NCBI GenBank assembly: GCA_041492755.1
Contig: JBGPXN010000038.1
Span: 1 to 32,628, forward strand
Direction of reading: 5' to 3'
From: Candidatus Methylomirabilia bacterium
Lineage (GTDB): Bacteria; Methylomirabilota; Methylomirabilia; Rokubacteriales; CSP1-6
Length of the DNA stretch: 32,628 bases
Both the position numbers and the translations under genes were made by a program. Below the pieces are notes generated by a model. The model was not told the DNA's origin. It worked only from the letters and a program-made list of their open reading frames with translations, and made no database searches. Positions 26,990 to 32,628 of this stretch are shown piece by piece. Within the stretch, counting starts at the first letter, position 1. Each line of letters opens with the position of its first letter.

Positions 26990-27091
26990 GATGACGTGCT
27001 GCTCAACAGCGCGGGCGGCCTGCCGACCCTCCGCCGCTTTGCCCGCGAGCTCATGCCCGCCTTCGCCGGCGAGCCGGTGGTCGCGACGTGA
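26990..27091 (+). pseudogene. Possible C-terminal remnant of LLM-class oxidoreductase
   Basis: DDVLLNSAGGLPTLRRFARELMPAFAGEPVVAT*; no start codon or upstream body. Confidence 0.5.
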
Positions 27092-27200
27092 GCCTGACCG
27101 CGACTCCGGGGGCGATCAACCGAGTGCCGTGGAGCGAAGGGCCGCACGAAACGCGCGGCCGCGGGACGGCGTGTGATGGCCCGAGTGACGCTGCCCGCGG

Positions 27201-28280
27201 CTACGCTTTGATCCCGAGCAGCTTCGCGGCCGTTTCCCCAAGCATGGCTGCGCGCTCGGCATCGGTGAGGCCCGGCGTGCCGAGGATGTGGTCCACGGAG
27301 GTCTTCGTCCACGGGAACGGGTAGTCGGTACCCATGACGATCTGGCCCGACCCGGTCTCGGCCACCAGGTGGCGAAGCGCCTCGGGCGTGAAGACGATCG
27401 TGTCGTAGTAGAGCTGACGGAGATACTCCGTCGGCTTCTTCCGGAGCGGCACGGTGCAGCGGTCGGGGAACGTCACGCAAATCGCGTCGGAGCGCGGCCC
27501 GTACGACGGCAGGTAGCCGCCGCCGTGCGCCGCGCAGATCTTCAGCCCAGGGAAGCGGTCGAGCGTGCCCTCGAAGATCAGGTGCGAGAGCGCGATCGTG
27601 GTCTCGAGCGGATTGCCGATGGCGTTGTCGAGTCCGCCGCTGCCCCTGAGCCGGCTCTGCAGCGGATCGGCGGCGCCCGCGGCCTGCGGGTGGATGAAGA
27701 CCAGCACCCCGAGCTGCTCGGCCTTGGCCCAGAACGGGTGGAACTTCGGATCGGACAGCTCTTCGCCGTTGACGCTGCCGCCGATGCCGGCCCCGCGCAG
27801 GCCGTATTTCTTGACCCCTTCCTCCAGCTGCTCGGCCGCGAGGTCCGGATGCTGCAGCGCCACCGACGCGAACGCGACGAACCGCTCCGGGTGGGCCGCG
27901 CAGATCTCGGCGAGCTTCTCGTTCTGGATCTTGATCAGCGCGCGCGCGACGTCCCGGTCCGCCGGGTACCAGTACGGATTGATGCTGAGGGCCTCGACGT
28001 CGATGCCCTGCTCGTCCATGGCCCGGATCCTGTCCAATAGCGGCGTCGAGGACATCAGGAGGGACGGTGGCTGCACATTTTGGCCCATCAGGGCCATCGC
28101 CTCGGGGATCGAGCAGTGAGCGTGGACGTCGACGGTCTTCACACGCTTGCCATTCACGACCACTTCTCGGCGGCGCGCTTGCGCCCCCGCCGAGGGGGCA
28201 CTCGTCAGGCCGCATGAGACGAACGCGACGCCGGCCGCCGTGCCCGCGGCATCCTCGAGAGATTCCCTGCGACTGGTCAT
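27201..28280 (-). CDS. Amidohydrolase_2 family protein (ACMSD-like)
   Basis: DVHAH, FIHP, AHGGG, GTDYPF; RBS GGAGAGG; degenerate twin-Arg leader SRRESL. Confidence 0.9.
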   Translation of the reverse strand: MTSRRESLEDAAGTAAGVAFVSCGLTSAPSAGAQARRREVVVNGKRVKTVDVHAHCSIPEAMALMGQNVQPPSLLMSSTPLLDRIRAMDEQGIDVEALSINPYWYPADRDVARALIKIQNEKLAEICAAHPERFVAFASVALQHPDLAAEQLEEGVKKYGLRGAGIGGSVNGEELSDPKFHPFWAKAEQLGVLVFIHPQAAGAADPLQSRLRGSGGLDNAIGNPLETTIALSHLIFEGTLDRFPGLKICAAHGGGYLPSYGPRSDAICVTFPDRCTVPLRKKPTEYLRQLYYDTIVFTPEALRHLVAETGSGQIVMGTDYPFPWTKTSVDHILGTPGLTDAERAAMLGETAAKLLGIKA

Positions 28281-28400
28281 CGTGTCCTCTCCTGTAGTGT
28301 CGGGAGCTGTCGAGCGGCCGGCGACGCTCCTGCATGAGGGCCCATGCGCTTGCCGACGTGGTGAATCTACACCGACTCCGGGCACGTGCGGGATCTTCGA

Positions 28401-29390
28401 TCACGGATCGATCACCGTGTCCGCGCGGATGACGAACGACGGCGGCAGCGTGAGGCCGAGCGCCCGGGCCGTCTTGAGATTGATGACCAGCTCGAAGCGC
28501 GTGGGTTGCTCGACCGGCAAGTCCCCGGGGCGGGCGCCCTTCAAGATCCGGTCGACGTACCAGGCGGCGCGCCGGAACACGTCGGTGGCGCTCACCGAGT
28601 AGGACATGAGGCCGCCGGCCTCGACGTCCGCCTTCAGCCCGAACATGGTCGGCAGCCGGTGCTTCGTCGCGAACTCCACGATGAGCGGCCGGAACGCTGT
28701 GGTGAGCGGAGTGACGAAGGTCACGAGCCCGTCGGGGCGCCGCTGGGTCATCGCCGAGAAGGCCGGTGGAAAGTCCTTCGGATCCCGCACCTCCAGGCTT
28801 TGAAGCGTCACACCCAGCGTTCGCGCCGCGGCTCGTATCTCCTGCCATTCGAGCGTATCCCCGGCGGTCGGGTCCCGGAGCACAGCCACGCGGGAGATTT
28901 TCGGGAACGCCTCCCGCAGCAGAGCGAGCTGCTTACCGGCCACCTCGGCGGGAGTCCACGCCAGCCCGGTGATGTTTCCGCCGGGCCGGGCGAAGCTCGC
29001 GACGACTCCGGTCTGGACCGGGTCGGATCCGAACGACGGAGCGACGATGGGGATCGTCTTCGTCGCCTGGCGGGCGGCGTCGACCGTTCCCGGTACCGCG
29101 ACGATCACGTCGACCTTCAGATCGACCAGCTGCTCGGCGAGGTCGGGAAGCAGCTCGCGGTTCCAGTTCGCCGCCCGGTACACGATGGTGATGTTCTGAC
29201 CCTCCTCGTACCCGAGCTCACGCAATCTCTGAAGGAACGCCTGGCGCTCGGCGGAGGGCGGATCGGCGAGGGGCGTGACGACGAGGTACCCCACTCGCGG
29301 CATCTTGGCCGGGCGCTGCGAATCGGCGGCGAGCGGTGCGGCCAGCGCAACGAGCGCGAGCACGAGCAGGCCGAGCCCACGGCGGATCAC
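28401..29390 (-). CDS. ABC transporter substrate-binding protein (PF04392-type)
   Basis: PRVGYL, GYEEGQNI, ARPGGNITG, GGLMSY, PVEQPTRFELVINLKTA; GTG start overlaps upstream stop. Confidence 0.9.
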   Translation of the reverse strand: MIRRGLGLLVLALVALAAPLAADSQRPAKMPRVGYLVVTPLADPPSAERQAFLQRLRELGYEEGQNITIVYRAANWNRELLPDLAEQLVDLKVDVIVAVPGTVDAARQATKTIPIVAPSFGSDPVQTGVVASFARPGGNITGLAWTPAEVAGKQLALLREAFPKISRVAVLRDPTAGDTLEWQEIRAAARTLGVTLQSLEVRDPKDFPPAFSAMTQRRPDGLVTFVTPLTTAFRPLIVEFATKHRLPTMFGLKADVEAGGLMSYSVSATDVFRRAAWYVDRILKGARPGDLPVEQPTRFELVINLKTARALGLTLPPSFVIRADTVIDP

Positions 29391-30364
29391 TCGTCGATCA
29401 CCTTCTCGGCCCGGAGCAGAACGGACGGCGAGAGCGTGATGCCCAGGGCCTTCGCGGTCTTGAGATTCACGATCAGCTCGAAGTGCGTGGGCTGCTCGAT
29501 GGCCAGCTCCCCGGGTTTCGCGCCTTTCAAGATTCGGTCGACGTAGCCAGCGGCGCGCCGGAACCTGTCGGTGATACTCGGCGAATAGGCCATCAGGCCG
29601 CCGGCTTCCACGTCGGCCCTCAATTCGAACATCGTCGGCAACCGGTTCTTGGTGGCGAACTCCACGATGATCGGCCGAAAGGCCGAGGTGAGCGGGCTCA
29701 AGAACGTGATGAGCGCGTCGGCGCGCCTGCCGGTCATCGCCGACAGGGCGGCCGGGAAATCCTTCGGGTCCCTCACCTCGACGGACTGAAGGGTGATGCC
29801 GAGCGCGCGGGCGGCCGCCTCGGTTTCCTGCCACTGGCGCGCCCCGCCTTGATTGCCAGGATTCCAGAGCACGGCCACGCGGGAGACCCGGGGAAGCGCT
29901 TCCTTCAGCAGCTGCACCCGTTTCCCCGCCAGCTCCGGCGCGGAGATGCCAGGCCCGGTGACGTTTCCGCCCGGCCGGCCGAGGCTCACCGCCAGCCCAC
30001 GTTCGACGGCATCGATCACCGCCGGAATGACGATGGGAATCGTCTTCGTCGCTTCCCGCGCGGCGGCATCCGTGCCCGGGACCGCGACGATCACGTCCGG
30101 CTTGAGCGCGACCAGCTCTTCGGCGAGATCGGGGAGCAGCTCGCGGTTCCATTTCGCGGACCGGTATTCGATGACGACGTTCCGGCCCTCCACGTACCCG
30201 AGCTCCCGGAGACCATCCAGGAACGCCTGGCGCTCGACCGAGGGCGGATCGACCAGGGGCGAGAGGACCAGATAGCCGATCCGCGCGACCCTCTCCGGGC
30301 GCTGCGCCTCGGCGCTCACCACGGCGGAAAGGACCGCCAGGACCACCGCGAGGATCAGCTTCAC
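29387..30364 (-). CDS. ABC transporter substrate-binding protein (PF04392-type), tandem paralogue
   Basis: ARIGYL, GYVEGRNV, RPGGNVTG, GGLMAY, EQPTHFELIVNLKTA. Confidence 0.9.
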   Translation of the reverse strand: MKLILAVVLAVLSAVVSAEAQRPERVARIGYLVLSPLVDPPSVERQAFLDGLRELGYVEGRNVVIEYRSAKWNRELLPDLAEELVALKPDVIVAVPGTDAAAREATKTIPIVIPAVIDAVERGLAVSLGRPGGNVTGPGISAPELAGKRVQLLKEALPRVSRVAVLWNPGNQGGARQWQETEAAARALGITLQSVEVRDPKDFPAALSAMTGRRADALITFLSPLTSAFRPIIVEFATKNRLPTMFELRADVEAGGLMAYSPSITDRFRRAAGYVDRILKGAKPGELAIEQPTHFELIVNLKTAKALGITLSPSVLLRAEKVIDE

Positions 30365-30371
30365 GAGGGCG

Positions 30372-31724
30372 CTATCGGATCCCCGGCACGTTCATGGGCT
30401 TGCCGTTGTCGAACGCGGTGAAGTAGAGCTCGAGGTCGGCGTACTCCGGCGCATCGGCGGGCAGGTAGTTCATGCCCAGGGGCAGCATGCAGAACTGGAA
30501 GCGCTTGCGAATGTTCCACACGACCTGGACCGGCGTGAACCAGTGGGGAAAGTGCTTGCTCAAACCATCGCGGGTGACGCTGAGGACGCGGCCGCCGATG
30601 AAACGGCCCGCCCCGCGCTCAGCGTCGTGGCAATCGGCGCACGCGTGGTTCCGCTGTCCCACCCGCTGGTAGTAGACGGCCCGCCCGCGCTCGTAGGCCG
30701 CCCTGGCCTCGGGGCTCGTGATGTCGACGTTCACGGGCATGCCGTTCGACTGCATCTTGACGAGCATGGTCATGTCGATGTTCTCGGCGCTTCCCGCGAG
30801 CATCGCGATCCCGGTGTGCTCGCGAGCGTGGACGGCCAGCAGATCCTCGATCGACATGACGCGACCGTAGTCGGCGAGGTACTTCGGATACTTCGTCGCC
30901 ACGCCCCGCATGGACGGTGCCGGTCCGCCCTCGTGGCAGTCGGCGCATGCCTTGCCCAGCGGCCCCTTCTTCGACCACGTGGTCATGGCGTCCTCGGCCC
31001 GGACCAGAGCGGGGTTGTTGGTCGCGTCCAGGTTGTCGCCGTAGTAGTACGGCACACGCGGCCGCGTGTACGGGTTCCGCGCGGGATCCTTCTCCGGTGG
31101 CGGGACGAACGGCGGGTTCCCCTTCAGAGTCTGGAGGAATGCCACGATGTGGACCACCTGCTCCGGCAACAGTATCCCGCCGGCACCCCACGGCGGCATG
31201 GTCGAGTCGGGCAGGATGACGCGTGCGTCCCAGATGAAGTCGAACAGATACTGGTCGGGCAGGCGGCGGTCGCCGATGACGGACAGGTCGGGCCCGACGG
31301 CGCCGGCCGGCCAGACGTCGTCCCCGGGGATCAGATGGCAGCCCGTGCAGGGAGCGACGGCTCGGGACATGAAGAGCTCGCGCCCCGTCTTCGGATCGCC
31401 CTGCATGGCCGGCATGGCGGTGCGACCGGGAGCCGGGAACTTCCGGGTGTCGGTGTAGGCATATGTCGGCCACCGCTCGAAGTTCCCGGTCACGAGACTG
31501 AACGGCTCCTCGGTGTAACGAACCTGGATCCGTTTGCCGGCCACCTCGCGGATCTCACCACGCGCTTCCGGCGTCGTCCGGGACGTCACGGCCGAGGCCG
31601 TTGGCGCCGCGGGCTTCTCCGTGCCCGGAGCGCAGCCGAACGTCACGAGGGCGACGAGGAGCAGACCGATATCCACGAAGAGAAGGAGGGTGAAACGCTG
31701 TCCGAGAATTCGAGTCGCGCGCAT
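30372..31724 (-). CDS. soxA: SoxX-SoxA fused c-type cytochrome lipoprotein (thiosulfate oxidation); start uncertain
   Basis: Lipobox TFGC; SoxX part GD...G...F...CTGCH...GAVGPDLS...STMP; SoxA part two CADCH, RVGQRNHAC, RFQFC, Y..LELY....NG.P..VPGIR. Confidence 0.85.
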   Translation of the reverse strand: MRATRILGQRFTLLLFVDIGLLLVALVTFGCAPGTEKPAAPTASAVTSRTTPEARGEIREVAGKRIQVRYTEEPFSLVTGNFERWPTYAYTDTRKFPAPGRTAMPAMQGDPKTGRELFMSRAVAPCTGCHLIPGDDVWPAGAVGPDLSVIGDRRLPDQYLFDFIWDARVILPDSTMPPWGAGGILLPEQVVHIVAFLQTLKGNPPFVPPPEKDPARNPYTRPRVPYYYGDNLDATNNPALVRAEDAMTTWSKKGPLGKACADCHEGGPAPSMRGVATKYPKYLADYGRVMSIEDLLAVHAREHTGIAMLAGSAENIDMTMLVKMQSNGMPVNVDITSPEARAAYERGRAVYYQRVGQRNHACADCHDAERGAGRFIGGRVLSVTRDGLSKHFPHWFTPVQVVWNIRKRFQFCMLPLGMNYLPADAPEYADLELYFTAFDNGKPMNVPGIR

Positions 31725-31744
31725 ACTCTCTCCCGGGGCGGGGA

Positions 31745-32628
31745 GTGAAGAGACTCTGCGTCGACGCGGATAGGCTGTCAAGGCGGTTCGTCGCGTTGGC
31801 CATCGGCGCCGTCGTCCTCGCCTCCACCTCCGGCGTCTGGGCGTACGCCCATCACACCTACAAGGTCCGCTTCGTCGAGCACTCCCCCGGGGCGTTCGAG
31901 ACCGCCCGGCGGGAGCGAAAGCCCGTGTTCCTGCTCATCAGCGCGGTCTGGTGCTACTGGTGCAAGTACTTCGCCCAGCACGTGCTCGACGACGCGGAGA
32001 TCGCGAGATATCTCAATCGGCGGTACCTGAGCGTGTTCGTGGACCATGACCGGCGCATGGACCTCGCGCGCCGATACTCCCGAGGCTTGCCGATGATCGT
32101 GCTCTTCGACCCCGACGGCCGTGTCCGTCAATCATTCGCCGGCGCGCTGGTGAAGGAGGACTTCCTGAGCGTCCTCAAGCACGTCGAGGACGAAGTCCGA
32201 ACCGCGCGGACACAACCCCAGGCGCTCCCGGCTCGCCCGACCGTCGCCCCGGGCCCCATCCCGGTCACACCGGAGGCGTATCAGCAGCTCCGCCGGGGCA
32301 TGCTCAGCCTTCTGGACGAGCGTCTGGATACGGTTCACGGCGGCTTCGGGACAGGAGACAAGCACCCACACCCGCGCCTTCTCGCCTACCTGCTCGAACA
32401 GCACGGCACCGGCGAGGATCGCCGCCACCTCGTCGAGAAGAGTCTCGACGGGATCCTGGGCGGAATCTACGACCGGGTGGAGGGCGGATTCTTTCGCTAC
32501 GCCGAGGGGCGGGACTGGCGCCAGCCCCACTACGAGAAGCTGGGGTATCTCAACGCCTCGCTGGCCGCCGTCTTCGGCGAGGCGCATCGCCTGACCGGGA
32601 ACCCGCGCTATCGGGAAGCCGCGGACTC
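31745..32628 (+). CDS. Thioredoxin-domain protein YyaL/DUF255 (SSP411-like), truncated by window end
   Basis: Open frame from GTG 31745: hydrophobic leader, ERKPVFL, WCYWCK, HGGFG...K.P, GIYDRVEGGFFRY, PHYEK; absent from the ORF track because there is no stop in the window. Confidence 0.85.
   Translation, partial: MKRLCVDADRLSRRFVALAIGAVVLASTSGVWAYAHHTYKVRFVEHSPGAFETARRERKPVFLLISAVWCYWCKYFAQHVLDDAEIARYLNRRYLSVFVDHDRRMDLARRYSRGLPMIVLFDPDGRVRQSFAGALVKEDFLSVLKHVEDEVRTARTQPQALPARPTVAPGPIPVTPEAYQQLRRGMLSLLDERLDTVHGGFGTGDKHPHPRLLAYLLEQHGTGEDRRHLVEKSLDGILGGIYDRVEGGFFRYAEGRDWRQPHYEKLGYLNASLAAVFGEAHRLTGNPRYREAAD

Noticed and set aside
25810..28848. 1012-aa minus-strand ORF and many other long Arg/Pro/Gly-rich ORFs
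   Set aside because: Shadow frames of real genes in high-GC DNA; no motifs and biased composition
29391..30152. 583-aa SBP ORF suggesting a fusion or frameshift
   Set aside because: The extension is an alternate frame of the upstream SBP; both genes have their own start and signal peptide
1..32628. CRISPR array, tRNA/rRNA, integrase or transposase
   Set aside because: No regularly spaced direct repeats, cloverleaf-compatible sequence or recombinase motifs seen by eye

Overview
High-GC bacterial chromosomal segment. The gene content (tandem PF04392-type ABC substrate-binding proteins, Uma2 paralogues, DUF35/thiolase pair, SoxX-SoxA fusion, GC-rich palindromic repeats) resembles Candidatus Rokubacteria/Methylomirabilota; this is inference only. 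It holds about 35 apparently intact, mostly metabolic genes: SDRs, NudC, SseA, HAD hydrolase, acyl-CoA ligase, enoyl-CoA hydratase, PaaI thioesterase, thiolase, GH13, macrodomain, CrcB, 2OG-Fe(II) oxygenase and amidohydrolase. Points of note: (1) a lipoprotein SoxX-SoxA triheme fusion whose first SoxA heme appears to have His instead of the usual Cys axial ligand, divergent from a possibly exported YyaL-type thioredoxin protein; (2) an unusually dense set of short gene stubs and a half fluoride riboswitch, suggesting pervasive deletions; (3) a tandem intact/degenerate Uma2 pair; (4) a dispersed palindromic MITE/REP-like repeat and a REPIN-like long inverted repeat; (5) sigma54-type promoters in front of two small orphan genes. 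No rRNA, tRNA, CRISPR array or transposase was seen. All family calls come from motif recognition by eye, not from database searches.
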